Below are positions 30,533 through 41,723 of a DNA stretch of 64,000 nt, in pieces. The translations under genes were made by a program, and so were the position numbers. The stretch comes from a virus (taxonomy: Duplodnaviria > Caudoviricetes): positions 64,001 to 128,000 of IMG/VR virus record IMGVR_UViG_3300005512_000001. One strand, 5' to 3'. How positions within the stretch are numbered: the stretch's first letter is position 1; the number at the start of each line of letters is the position of its first letter. The notes under the pieces were generated by a model that had not been told where the DNA came from, searched no databases, and was given only the letters and a program-made list of their open reading frames with translations.

Positions 30533-31080
30533 AACATAGACCTAAGCCTAAGAGTAGCTATGGCCACTGATGCTATTGTAGTTCTGGAGCACCCAGACCT
30601 CAAAGAGCAAACCCCTTGGGCAATTAGCGAATTTGAAAAATATTGGGATGTATTTGAAGATCGCATCACAAGTGTACGTTAGTTAGCGATTTTCCCACAA
30701 TTCGAGATGAACACATGAACGGCAAGACCGCCCCGGCTAATAAGATTCACCAACTCCGTCCTTACGTCGACTATATCCTTGAAACCCTAGGGATGACCGA
30801 TGCAACCATTACTGATGCCTCCAAAATAGACCATCTATTGGATGCTGAATTATGGGATAAGGACGACCACGGTGAACGCACAGACCTAAATGAGGATGGC
30901 GAGAGATACATAGCCCATATCTCTTCGATTATTGGGGTGAAGATTAAATTGGGTGACCATATCCACGATATCGCCTCTAGGTTCGCCAAGCAAATGTCTT
31001 AATAGCCTGCCGTTATCGGCAGTTTTTTATAAGGGAGACCTTGGTGCTTATACGCCAAGGTCTCCCTACTATATCCGGAA

Positions 31081-31109
31081 TTTCCCCGCCGACGACAGCG
31101 CGGCACAAC
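31081..31109 (+). promoter_or_regulatory. C-for-T sigma70-like promoter
   Basis: TTTCCC-N17-CACAAC; T-free tract 31084-31128. Confidence 0.7.
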
Positions 31110-31357
31110 ACAACGCAGCGGACGGAGCTAGGGCAGGAGTACCTGAGAGTGGGAAACTGCCCTAGATTTATATTAACCTTGGGAAATAATAATGACTGCA
31201 ATCAAACACCAACTCATCAAGGAAGTGCAGATAGTGGCAAGGCACAATATATAATCCCATTTGAGATCGTTGTTATGTTCTTGGTCTCACATGGACACCT
31301 TCAGGCCGATGAGGAATATATCATCAGCTATTCCTGGTAATTGTTAGGAGTCTTACC

Positions 31358-31762
31358 ATGCGACGTTGGTCACTGCTCATGACGGCGTTACTGGTCCCAT
31401 TCATTGGTGGTTGCGGCCTTAATTTCTCCAAAGGACAAGGTTCCTTGGCGAAACTGGAGTCGTCTTGGTCGTTATCGATTTTTGACAGTTCTGGAAGCCA
31501 TCAGGTCGGTATGACAAACCCATTGCGGAACACCGGGCCAGCAGAAATCGTGGCCTGTAAACAGATTGACACTGGGCCGCAAACCACTGAAATTGGTGGG
31601 TATCAAAATCGATTGATGCCTGATACCACCAAGAATACCCCAAAATTGTGGCGTGCCTGGAATGAGAAGACCAGACAGATAGAATATATTCCATGGGATG
31701 AATTGCCACCTAGAACTCAAAGGGCTTATAGTTCGGCGCAAGCAATGCCTCAAACTTGGTGA
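31358..31762 (+). CDS. putative lipoprotein
   Basis: AGGAG RBS; signal peptide ending FIGGC. Confidence 0.6.
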   Translation: MRRWSLLMTALLVPFIGGCGLNFSKGQGSLAKLESSWSLSIFDSSGSHQVGMTNPLRNTGPAEIVACKQIDTGPQTTEIGGYQNRLMPDTTKNTPKLWRAWNEKTRQIEYIPWDELPPRTQRAYSSAQAMPQTW

Positions 31763-31908
31763 GGGAACTAGGATATGATGGACTCATCAAATGAAAATCC
31801 AGATTTATGTGCTGCGTGTGGCGGGGAATGTTGCAAATGCGGACCAGGTATTGTGCATCCAGACGATTTGGAAGGTGATATCACAGCAGCTATAGGAGTG
31901 CTAGCAAT

Positions 31909-32862
31909 ATGGAAATAGAGCCCACAAAACCCACTAGAGCTATTTCTTGGACTCAATGTAATCATATTCGAAAATGCAACATCACGGTTACTACCGATGA
32001 TGCTCTTGAGTTTGTGTTGGCCTACACTGACTTCGATGTCTCTACTCTTCAAGAAATCAAAGTAATACGGGACCAGTTCTATTTTATTTGTGATGGCTAT
32101 GAAATTAGTGTGAAACCTAGCCTAGTGTTCGGTCACAAACACCGCCTACGCCCTGTGTACACTAAATATAATGTAGCTTGGGTTTCAGACATCATTGAAA
32201 AAGATAGAACTATCAAATTGCGTATAGCCTATGCCTATGTGGAATTCGACAATGGTAAAAACAAACTGATTATCACACAAAGACACGTCAGAGTCCGGGT
32301 GCAGAACTACTATGCTTATTTATCTGTTAAAAATAAAGATGGTAAATGGGAGGAATTGAGATGTATATCAGTTTATAATCATACAAACAGGATAGATATG
32401 GCAGTATATGAGCTATTAGCACAGGGTCTCTCTATACCTGCTCCCCCTACTAAAGAAGAACTTCTTAAACTAGGGCTTCCTGAACCCCACAAATTTGATA
32501 ATACTGGAAGAATAACAACTGAAACTAGTGGATGGTATCGCCTGAAACGCGGAATTATTTCAACTGTTTTTGTTGAGGCTATTGTCTGTATAAATCAAGA
32601 TAGAACTTTGAGAGACGCAGTTGGGCCTTCTGAGTCTGAAGCCTGGTTCCAGTTAAGCTGCTATTCTAACGTTAGGCACACCAAATTCACTGTCTTGTCT
32701 AATGGAGAATCTTTCTATATCGCCACTAAAGTTGGGAAGAATTTGAAAGTAGTTGAGTCCACAAAAATTAATAGCTACCTTGACGCCAAACTCACTGATA
32801 TGGACCAGACTATGATTAAAGAAATTATGGCCTGCCACGTGGAGAAACTAGAGCTAGAATGA
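31909..32862 (+). CDS. hypothetical protein, DP/xDG family
   Basis: VLSNGESFY...LTDMDQTMIKEI. Confidence 0.65.
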   Translation: MEIEPTKPTRAISWTQCNHIRKCNITVTTDDALEFVLAYTDFDVSTLQEIKVIRDQFYFICDGYEISVKPSLVFGHKHRLRPVYTKYNVAWVSDIIEKDRTIKLRIAYAYVEFDNGKNKLIITQRHVRVRVQNYYAYLSVKNKDGKWEELRCISVYNHTNRIDMAVYELLAQGLSIPAPPTKEELLKLGLPEPHKFDNTGRITTETSGWYRLKRGIISTVFVEAIVCINQDRTLRDAVGPSESEAWFQLSCYSNVRHTKFTVLSNGESFYIATKVGKNLKVVESTKINSYLDAKLTDMDQTMIKEIMACHVEKLELE

Positions 32863-32981
32863 TAATTGTAGCTGCAGACATCAATAGATTAGAAGAACCT
32901 GGGTACTCAGATTTCGTTATGGCGAAGCACTACGAGGGCCAAATCTCCGAACTCAAGTCCCAAATACGGGCGTACAGTTAG
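32859..32981 (+). pseudogene. truncated paralog of the 14437/35916 family
   Basis: MIIVAADINRLEEPGYSDFV resembles MIIITPHPDRLEDPDFKDIV, then switches to unrelated GC-richer sequence. Confidence 0.5.
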
Positions 32982-34055
32982 GGAGTCGACCATGTTGCGA
33001 CCCAACCAGCTCCATCTCATCTGGAAGATGCTTTCCACCGCCCATGACCTCAACATCAAGTGGAACGAACTTTCCATAGCCCACCTGCGTCATCTGGTAA
33101 GTCACGATATAACCGGTGTCGAAGCCGAAGCCATGACCCTACACGCCAAGATAGATGCCATCCAAGTGTTTGATGACGTCTATGACGATGAGGGGATATC
33201 GTGGTCAGGCCGCGAAGTCAGGAGTCTCATCTCGGACCTTATTAATCTCCAGAGGGATGGGTGGGAAGTCTACACGTGGTCCGGCCCAAACGATGAATCG
33301 CTGATCATCGCCGTACAAATGAGGAGCTAGCCAAATGCAAACTATCATGGAACTTCGCCATTGGATTCGCAGCTGGGGAAAGATTGACCTGGAGTGGGGG
33401 CAAAATCAGATGTGGTACTCGTATGAGTACCCCAATGCCCCGACATGGCGGGTGAAGGTGATGGTTTACACCGATATCATCCGCTGCCAACTCAAGGGTT
33501 TGGTCTGCATCTTTCTGCAACACAAGTGGGTGGATGACAGCTACGGCGGTCCGGAGTCCGGGTACGAATCCATCGAGTGTATGCGGTGTGGCGAAAGCCA
33601 TTTCCAGAGAATGTACTAGAGGAAGAATCAGCATGGACATGAAATATATCGTTGTTGAAGCTTACCCCTGCCAATTCGCTGTGATTATCTTCTCGGATAA
33701 TCTAGAGCATTCCGCGATGGTCCCTAATGATATCAGCCCTAAGAGGATTAGGTCTGCTGGCTTCTGTCGCATTTCATGCCGTATTTCCCCGTCTATCAGC
33801 ACAAAGGCATATATGCCCACACCAGAAATAAGTTGCTATACTTGGGGGCGATCCCAATCTCTGAATGTTGATTCCAACGAAGACGATGCTGACTTAATCT
33901 TAAAAGAGCTTAATAGGTGGAGCAGATGAAATACACAATCAACCTTCATAAACCCGCGATGGGCGGTTGGTAACAGGCGATTCCTAACAGAGAGAATTCA
34001 ATGTGCTCTAACCTCGCCCAATTGAATCTAGAAGCTGCTGGATTCATTAAAGATT

Positions 34056-34445
34056 CTATTCTACTCTACGCGAGGATTTCCTCACGTGGACGACGGCAGA
34101 ATTCCCTAGTAGCTCTTCCATCTGGTCAGAGAATGACAGCACGAATTCTCCGACTTTGCTACCCTCATCTTGGTTGTTTGGTGGGAATGCAGAGGAACAT
34201 TTCCCGGCTTTGGCACGCCCCAGAGCGATCTGCCTACCTAGCTTCTTATTGAAATGGTCCTTCTTATGGCAAGCAGACCATCCAATATCTATGAAATTGT
34301 CCTCATCCACAATCGCTACGGCACAAGCGATAGGTGCCCAAGTATTAACGTCTCTCAGGTACCGGGTGAAGATTCGCGGCTTGGGGTCTTCATCTGAAGA
34401 CTTCTCCACATCCACACTCACGACCTTCGACATTACTTTTTCCAT
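34056..34445 (-). CDS. conserved phage hypothetical protein
   Basis: G.S.C...D.FNKK.GR.IA..RA motif. Confidence 0.65.
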   Translation of the reverse strand: MEKVMSKVVSVDVEKSSDEDPKPRIFTRYLRDVNTWAPIACAVAIVDEDNFIDIGWSACHKKDHFNKKLGRQIALGRAKAGKCSSAFPPNNQDEGSKVGEFVLSFSDQMEELLGNSAVVHVRKSSRRVE

Positions 34446-34848
34446 CTCTGCTTCCTTTCAAAGTTCCAAGACTCTAACGTTAGGCTCAGGTTTATTGTGT
34501 GTTTTTGGTTTGCGATAGACAATTCTATGCTTCCTATCGCAATATTTTATAGCCACATTTCAGGCACCATTCCCCATTCCCCATTCCCCATTTATGCTTG
34601 CATCTCTAGCTCTAACACCCTCGCATTGGAAGGTATTTTCTTTTTGGGTTTCCTCTTAACCTTTTTCTTTTTCAATCTTCGATATTGGGTGTCATAATAC
34701 CCACCCATCCAGTACTCACCCCTCCTGGTTCTCAAAGTACCGCATTTCTGGCACCATTCAACTGTCCGCCTAATGTGGAATCCCTCATCCAGTCGGGAAT
34801 CGCTCCCCCCACCTATCACAGTTATAAATGACCAAGTATGCCTACATC

Positions 34849-35088
34849 TCATAATTCTAATACCCGAGGTTTTGGCTTTTTAATCTTGATTTTTAGTTTG
34901 GGTTTACGTTTGGGCTTACGTTTGGGCTTACGTTTGGGCTTACGTTTGGGCTTACGTTTGGGCTTACGTTTGGGCTTTACAGGTTTTACCTTGTAGTACC
35001 GATAATAGTAATGGTCGTAGGCAGGGGTATGTGGTCTACATAACTCTCGTATAGCCCCCACAGTTCTTACACCAATCCCATGCATCAC
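34849..35088 (-). CDS. small basic protein with (KPKR)n, ends RVLEL
   Basis: 12-bp microsatellite, about 6 units at about 34900-34977. Confidence 0.55.
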   Translation of the reverse strand: MMHGIGVRTVGAIRELCRPHTPAYDHYYYRYYKVKPVKPKRKPKRKPKRKPKRKPKRKPKRKPKLKIKIKKPKPRVLEL

Positions 35089-35736
35089 CTATATGGTCCC
35101 ACTCGTGAGAGCATCTTTTTGTCTTTTTCTTTATTGCCATTTATGTTCAATCCGTAGAAGCCCAATAGCCAACCGAACTTCTTTAATGTGATGTTGATGC
35201 GGGCAGGACAACTGTGGGATTGGGGCAGTTATAATATTTTGAATCTGTCACAATACGATTGCCACCAATAATTGTTGACATTATCATTTTTAATTGTCAA
35301 TTCTACATCGGGCGGGCATCTTTGTCCTGTTATCATTGCATGGTGTCTGGCCCAAATTGGCGATTTATAAAGTATAGGTTTCAAAAGGTCCATGTTGTTC
35401 TGAAACATCCCGCTTTCCACATAAGCAAGTTCAGCTAGAGACATTGCCGTAACGTCATCTTTCCCATCGTCAATGATAACGTCACTGCTATATATCGGCG
35501 TGGTACTTCGTTGTATAATAGTGACGTTAGAACAAGTTAGCAACAATTACATGTTTTATGTCGGGGGACTTTTGCGTAAATAATTGGATTTAATATATTT
35601 TAGAATATATATTTATCCCGCCCTCGCTCTAGCGAAAATACTTTTTCTCGCGTGAGAAGTATCATTTGGAACATTCTGAATTGCTCTCGTAACGCTCCTG
35701 AGGCACTATTCAAAAATCCACAAGCTAGGCCCTAGT

Positions 35737-35884
35737 GGGCAGATTTAGAGATTATAACGTTATAAACTGAATTATTTCAGCAGCAACCATCCGAGGGCAG
35801 ATTTAGAGATTATAACGTTATAAACTGAATTATCTATGGTGCGAAAACCCGAAAACACCCGCTTATTATTTCTATAACGTTATA
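35737..35884. repeat. 39-bp direct repeat x2 containing a 14-bp palindrome, plus a third palindrome copy
   Basis: GGGCAGATTTAGAGATTATAACGTTATAAACTGAATTAT at 35737 and 35795; TATAACGTTATA at 35873. Confidence 0.9.
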
Positions 35885-35915
35885 ATTAATCTTCTATTTT
35901 GCTAGCAGAGAGATA

Positions 35916-36326
35916 ATGATTATTGCAACTAAAAACCCTGACAATCTTGCTATTCCCGGTTTTACAGATTTTGTGCTTTATGACAACGGGACAGAAGAAA
36001 TAACTGTTATTGGGATTAAGGAAATCTTCTGTTTTTGCATGGAGAGCAGAGTCAGAATTCCTAAAATGGAGGGAATTTTGGCGCAAAGTGCCCGGTATTC
36101 GTATCTTTATGCGTTAATATTTGGGAGATTTGGAATTGGGGAGGTTGCGATTCTAAAATCTCCCAAATATTCATATCGATATGCAGTTAACGTTATAAAA
36201 GGCAGATGGATAGAGGGAGAAGATACGATTTACCGAGACCCAGAATGCGGGTTGGCCTATCATAGATGGGTGAAGGATAGGTATCCATCTATTTCTCTCG
36301 AAGACTATCGTTTTATTAAGAAATGA
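35916..36326 (+). CDS. paralog of the 14437 repeat protein
   Basis: MIIATKNPDNL..PGF.DFV.YD.G.EEI; YSYRYAVNVIKGRWIEGED.I..DPE. Confidence 0.7.
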   Translation: MIIATKNPDNLAIPGFTDFVLYDNGTEEITVIGIKEIFCFCMESRVRIPKMEGILAQSARYSYLYALIFGRFGIGEVAILKSPKYSYRYAVNVIKGRWIEGEDTIYRDPECGLAYHRWVKDRYPSISLEDYRFIKK

Positions 36327-36816
36327 TATGGGAATTGGGTATTTTTCTGGGAGTGCGCGAGCTCTCCCGCCGAGCATAACTCCTAATTGGGGGGCTAATT
36401 AGGGTGCAAGCCAACCTCAGACTATAGATTTAACTAGAAAGGTATACCACGGCTTGGGAGGGAAATAGGTATTTGGAAATTGACATATACGGTGATTAGA
36501 CTGGGAAGTTATTGACTCATATCCTACTGGGGAGGGAGTGACATGCACCCTGCTTAGCAAAAATAACTCAGGAGTTAAAAATGGATATAAACGAAATTTT
36601 GAATTGGGTAAGGCAGAGATTGAGAGATGAGCCAGAAATGCACAGCCATGATGAGAGAATGATTTCTCTCGGGAGGCAGGAAGCATTCAATGAAGTTTAT
36701 AGTTATTTGGGCAAGATTTCCGATTCTCTAGTGCCAAGTCCTGAAGAGCAGGTAGATGATGACTGGGTAAGTATCGACGACGTTGGCCAAATCGCCGACC
36801 AGATGTAAATACAGCG

Positions 36817-36848
36817 AGAGGGGACTCCTAATTAAAGGAGTCCCCTCT
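36817..36848. terminator. bidirectional terminator between convergent genes
   Basis: AGAGGGGACTCC / GGAGTCCCCTCT hairpin. Confidence 0.7.
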
Positions 36849-36874
36849 CTTCCTACCGGGGGGTCAGGCCGTCG

Positions 36875-37228
36875 TCAGGCCGTCGCCAGTTCCTCGGCAT
36901 CCCGGACTTCCTCACCGTCCGCGTCGATGAGCTGGAGGCATTCCCAGTCATCCACGTGGCCTTCGGCGTACCCGGCCTTGGTCCAGGACTTCCACTTGGG
37001 GGAGTCGGGGGCCGGGAGCGGGTGCGTCATGCACTCGGCGTCGAAGTTCCGGCCCAGATTCCCACCGTACACGTTGGCCGACGTGAAGGTGTTTTCCTGG
37101 TCATTGACGATCAAGAGGGTGTTTGCCGGGGTTCCGAAATCGTGATCCATCGGCTTCACGAAGACCCGAGTTGCCTGAATGGGCTTCCCACCCAGACCGT
37201 ACAGCTTGCGAAGTTGCTTACTCGTCAT
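36875..37228 (-). CDS. hypothetical protein, paralog of 41820 gene
   Basis: GGGAG RBS; MDHDFGT, QENTFTSANVYG, DAECMTHPLPAPDS.KWK.WTK.GYA shared. Confidence 0.85.
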   Translation of the reverse strand: MTSKQLRKLYGLGGKPIQATRVFVKPMDHDFGTPANTLLIVNDQENTFTSANVYGGNLGRNFDAECMTHPLPAPDSPKWKSWTKAGYAEGHVDDWECLQLIDADGEEVRDAEELATA

Positions 37229-37286
37229 GTCAAATACTCCCATAATGGAGGAATCGTCGCGGGCAAGCCTCTCTCGCCCGACACTT

Positions 37287-37315
37287 TCCGTGTCGCGGCG
37301 TGCGTTGCCGGTCAA
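37287..37315 (-). promoter_or_regulatory. C-for-T sigma70-like promoter
   Basis: TTGACC-N17-CACGGA with CGCGA extended -10. Confidence 0.6.
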
Positions 37316-37778
37316 CTGGGTATTTGGAAATGGGAATTTCCCGTCTGGAAATTCCAAATTGACATGCACGCTACTTAGGGTAGATGAGAATTTCCTGTAC
37401 CCTGCTTAGCCGGAGAATCCTAGTTGCCTCCGCCGCCCCGACGCGACACAAAAAGCGGCGACGGAACACGATGGGACGCTGGGCTTGCACCCCTGACGCC
37501 CCGACCAAGCACCCCCACCAATAGATTATGGCAAGATGGTCGTTGGTGGGTCGGATTAAGCAGGTGTGAGGTTAGCAATCTCGGGTTGGGTTTGACCAAT
37601 AGCCTGCGGAGCGGGCGGGGCTCCTAAGGGACAATTCGAATTGCTCAATTTAAATTCTTTTTTCGTACAGGATAAAGGAATATAGTATGAAAGAAAGAAT
37701 ACCGCCCTAGGGCGTGGTCAGAGAGTAGGCCGAAGAGCCAATATTATGGAGTACCGAGTGTAAAGCAGTGTGAAGTAT

Positions 37779-37808
37779 AGAGGGCCGGGTGATATCACCC
37801 GGCCCTCT
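37779..37808. terminator. perfect 30-bp palindrome/hairpin
   Basis: AGAGGGCCGGGTGAT|ATCACCCGGCCCTCT; related hairpin at 40488-40516. Confidence 0.6.
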
Positions 37809-38173
37809 TAGATTATCCAAGCAGGGCGTAAGTCAATACATCTCCCTATGGATTAGAGTGCGAGATATTTATTGACTTACACCCTGCTTGGTGGGCAGTC
37901 AGGGAAATTTACATCTACGCTGATTAGGTGGGATTTTCTCGTACCCTACTTGGATAAGGGGTCTAGGACGCAAATGGAGAACTCCGGTCCTATGCTCATT
38001 CATTCAAGAATAAAAACAGCAAGGAAAAAGAGGGAAAGCCATCAAGCTCCTTCATTACAGGCTGTACTAAGCACATAACTCTTTTTCACCAAAGCCCTAC
38101 TAACGGGGCTTTCGGGAATATAAACCCTTCTTTGCTGTTTTATTCTAGACAATCAGTGGCCTATTACTAGCTC

Positions 38174-38476
38174 TTAGCTAGTCATATAGCTGTTTTTTTG
38201 GCAGCGATTGCAAATCCCATTGCACTGCTCCCCAACGGTCTGCAGCAGATCGCCGCAATCTATGCAGACCACAACTGGAGCATCCTCGAATTTGGGCTTC
38301 TCGACGTGAGGTGAGTAGATCGAGATGGAGGCCGGATCGCCCATGCAGACTTCTTGGACAATCTCTAGCTCCATGGCTGCTTGGTCCTCGGCAGTGATTC
38401 CGGCAACCATTTCTCCATTCTCATCGAACCAGACTTCAACACCGTTTGCAAATTTCAACTTGATGTAACGCATCAA
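38174..38476 (-). CDS. hypothetical protein with C-terminal Cys4 motif
   Basis: GAGG RBS; CIDC...CNRC. Confidence 0.6.
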   Translation of the reverse strand: MMRYIKLKFANGVEVWFDENGEMVAGITAEDQAAMELEIVQEVCMGDPASISIYSPHVEKPKFEDAPVVVCIDCGDLLQTVGEQCNGICNRCQKNSYMTS

Positions 38477-39946
38477 AGCACCTCGGTCTCGATTTTCACG
38501 AGGTGGCCGCCATTTTGCCAGAACTCGGTGAGTTCATTGACCTTGCGACAGCCGCCTGGGTCTTGTGTGTCATACATCTGCGAGAGTCGGGCTTTCCGTT
38601 TTGCCAGCCATTCATCCAACTCCTCGGCTCGTATGGCCGCGATGATGGAGTCGGCATCTCCCTCGATGTGCCGGATAATGATGATTTTCATGTGTTTCTC
38701 CAGAGGTTGGGGCTTATCCGTGTTCCGTCGCCGCTTTTTGTGTCGCGTCGGGGCGGCGGAGGCAACTAGGGTACATTCTCATCTGATTCCTACTGTGACT
38801 GGACCAGTTCCGGGTCATGGAGTGCCATTGCCGAATCGATGCTCTCGGCTTGGCATACCCACACATCGCCATTGTCCCGGAATTGCAGGATGTTGAGGTA
38901 TGCGGGGGCCATCGCCGGAGTTACCACTTTGGCGAGGGTCAATGACCCACCGGGGATGTTGCCACCCTTGTACCGAAGTTCCTTGGTAGTGACGGCCAAT
39001 TTCCAGCCGTCCAGATAGTCAGGCCCGTATTGTGGGTACTGCTCGTGGGCCTTGTTGAATTGGTCCACTAGCATTTGCTTGATTGTTGAGTTCATTGCCC
39101 TAGGTTCTCCTCGACGTCCATGTAGTAGACCCAACCCGCAAAGTCCTCGCCTTCGACTACCTCTGCGACCTCGATGCAGGCATAGGTGCCATACCCTTCA
39201 ATCTCCCCAGCGATGATGATTGGAGATTCCACGGCTATATCCGGATCACACCCGTAACGACCGGCCTTCAACCTCAGCCGGTCGCCTTCTTTGATTGCCG
39301 CATTGTGGGGTCGCGAGGGGTTATGTTCCTCTCGCCACTGTTCCAAAAAATCCGGTTGGTTCCAGTTCATTGGTCAGTCCTCGCAGGTGCTCACCACTTT
39401 GTGGACCCGGAAGTTCGGGGTGGCCAGAATGTCTTCCATCAGCATGTTGACCATCCGCATGACTCCCCGCCCGTACTTAACCCCGACTGCCGGGTGGAAA
39501 TGGCAGGTCTCGGCAACGACCTCAACGTGCCCAATCCGCCTGTTGTTGTCATGCCCATCCCCGAGGTACACGTTGTGGACTTTGTCGCGGTGGTGAACGT
39601 CACTTGGACGTCGCACAGCGATAACTTCGACTTGGCTTTTCATCGACTTGCTCCCAAAGAAGTGTTGTTCTCGCCCATCTCCTGGTGTCGCAGAGGTGCT
39701 CGCACGTCAACTGCCTACTTGTACGTGCAGAACTTCCCACTTTGGAGTGCCATATCTTGGCCGGGTCGGTCCAGTTCGGCGATGTGGAATCCCTCATTCA
39801 ATCTGGAATCGAAACTGCGAGGGAGTTTCAGGTATTTGGCAGTGCAGAACGGGCAAAATTCCTCGTCGTGGTCGCGTCCGCATACTTCGCAGGTCTCCAT
39901 CCTTGAATCTCCCAATAGTCGCCAAAGAAATGCTTCTCGCCACCTT

Positions 39947-41001
39947 TTGGTGTGACGCGCCGCCGCAGCGGACAACTCCTAAGTTGGCTTCGGTAGGGCA
40001 GCCATCCATTTACTGCCCTGCGGGGACCAATAAATACCAGTCCCGTTCGCTCCGCAGCCGATATGAAGATAAATCATATCTTCATACTCCCCGCCGAGGA
40101 TGAAACTCCCGAGTTTCTCGCCATCCGGCATATTGGGCCGACGGTGGGATCGGAATCCCAAACATTCCAACTCGAATTTCGTCAGTTCGGCCATCTTTCC
40201 ATCGAGCATCCGGAACATTCGCACGATCGGCCCGTCGATGGGGATGATGGGTTTGACGCCGAGAAGATTGAAAGTCTCGGCAAGATGGCGTCTCCAGTCG
40301 TCAGCAACATACATCCCCGGCAGTTCTTTGGTCTTCGACATTTCGAGTCTCCCAACTGGAAATAGAGAAAGGGCACAACCGCCCGCCAAAAAATGGTGTT
40401 GCGCTGGCAGGCCGAGGTCAACTGGGTATTTGGAAATTGACATCTACGGTGATTAGGTGGTTTTCTCGTGCCCTACTTGGATAGACCGGAGGGCCGGGTG
40501 GTATTCCCGGCCCTCCTCGCAATTGCACTGTATCACCAACGGATGGAGCTATTCCTGGACTCTTGGATTCTCCGCTGTTGTTGGCCTAACCTTGCCGAAT
40601 GAGTCCTGCCGGTGCAAGATTAAGGGTTGGCCAGACTAATCCCAGTGCCTCCGGCTAATTCTAGGCAGGTCCTAACCGTAGCCGTATGGCTCGGTGGCCT
40701 GCCGCCGTCGCTAGTTGTTGTGTCGCGCCCGCCTGTCGAGGGCAACTACCCAATCAGTTGCCCCTCAGATTATTCAGGGCGTCGATGTTGGCCTTGGTGG
40801 CCTTGATTTCGGGTTTCAGCGTCGGCCACACTTTCCCAATAATCTGTTTGGCCAACTGCCCCATGATTACCAGCCCGGTAATCCAAACTGCTGAATTACC
40901 AAGGACCTTGGCGAGTTCGATAAGTTCGGTATCCATCACTTGCTCCTAGAAAGGTCTGTTCCTCGTCGCCTTATAGTGGCGCAGAGCTGCGGCCACGCCA
41001 A
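39947..41001 (-). promoter_or_regulatory. four C-for-T promoters
   Basis: TTGTCC-N17-CACCAA (39947-39975), TTGACC-N17-CACCAT (40393-40421), TTGCCC-N17-CACAAC (40717-40745), TTGGCG-N17-CACTAT (40973-41001). Confidence 0.7.
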
Positions 41002-41723
41002 TTACCCATTTCCCTCTGGCGCAGAGCTGCGGCCACGCCAATTACCCATTTCCCCTAAGCAGGGCACAAGAAATCCCTAATCTAATTAGCGTGTGGATAA
41101 ATAAAAAGGGAGGGGTTACCTCCCTTTGTGGTCCGTAATATGCTCTGTAAGAGTGGGGGGCTGCCTTCTACCGCATGATGCACCTCGTTCCAGTCTAGTG
41201 CTTTGTGGCGTTGTTATATCCAACCCAAATGGCAAATCCTGCCAACCAGGTGGTGAAGAGCCATTTCCAGAGTTCCAGGATTTGGTCGCAAGGAATTGCC
41301 ATCAGACCGGAACCTTGAGGCTGAGCCGGATAATCATCCCGGAAACCGTATCGCCGATATTCGTCTCTTTCGGTTCGGTGTGCCAAGACGGAGAACTGCC
41401 ACTCACGCCATGCGGCATATGGAAATTCTCGATGTGCCGGAATGTCACGTAGTCGTTGTACCCGTCGCAATGGTTGGTGGCCATCACGATATCGCCGGTC
41501 TGAACTCCCAACTTCTTGAGTTCACCTATTACGGCGTCGTAGAATTCACCCGGTTTCATTTGAGAATCTCCTCGGCAAGCCGTCTTTGACGGATTTGCTG
41601 CTCGGGGGTTAGGATGCTCGGACCGTAGAGTTGCTCATCGATTGCCCGCAATTGCTCCCGTTCAGAGTCAGTCAGAACCTCTTTCGCGGCCAATGCCCGT
41701 TTTTGGTCTAGTAGTTCCATAAA

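Larger units (their letters stand above)
37419..38770. repeat. perfect 52-bp inverted repeat, each arm a C-for-T promoter
   Basis: 37419-37470 equals the reverse complement of 38719-38770; TTGCCT-N17-CACAAA. Confidence 0.9.

Noticed and set aside
35737-35884. Possible CRISPR array
   Set aside because: Only two full 39-bp repeats with a 19-bp gap and no cas genes. The 20-bp boxes are also too degenerate and irregularly spaced.
36480-40456. TTGACA/TTGACT hexamers as canonical sigma70 promoters
   Set aside because: No TATAAT-like or CACAAC-like hexamer 16-18 bp downstream; they belong to the 20-bp box family.
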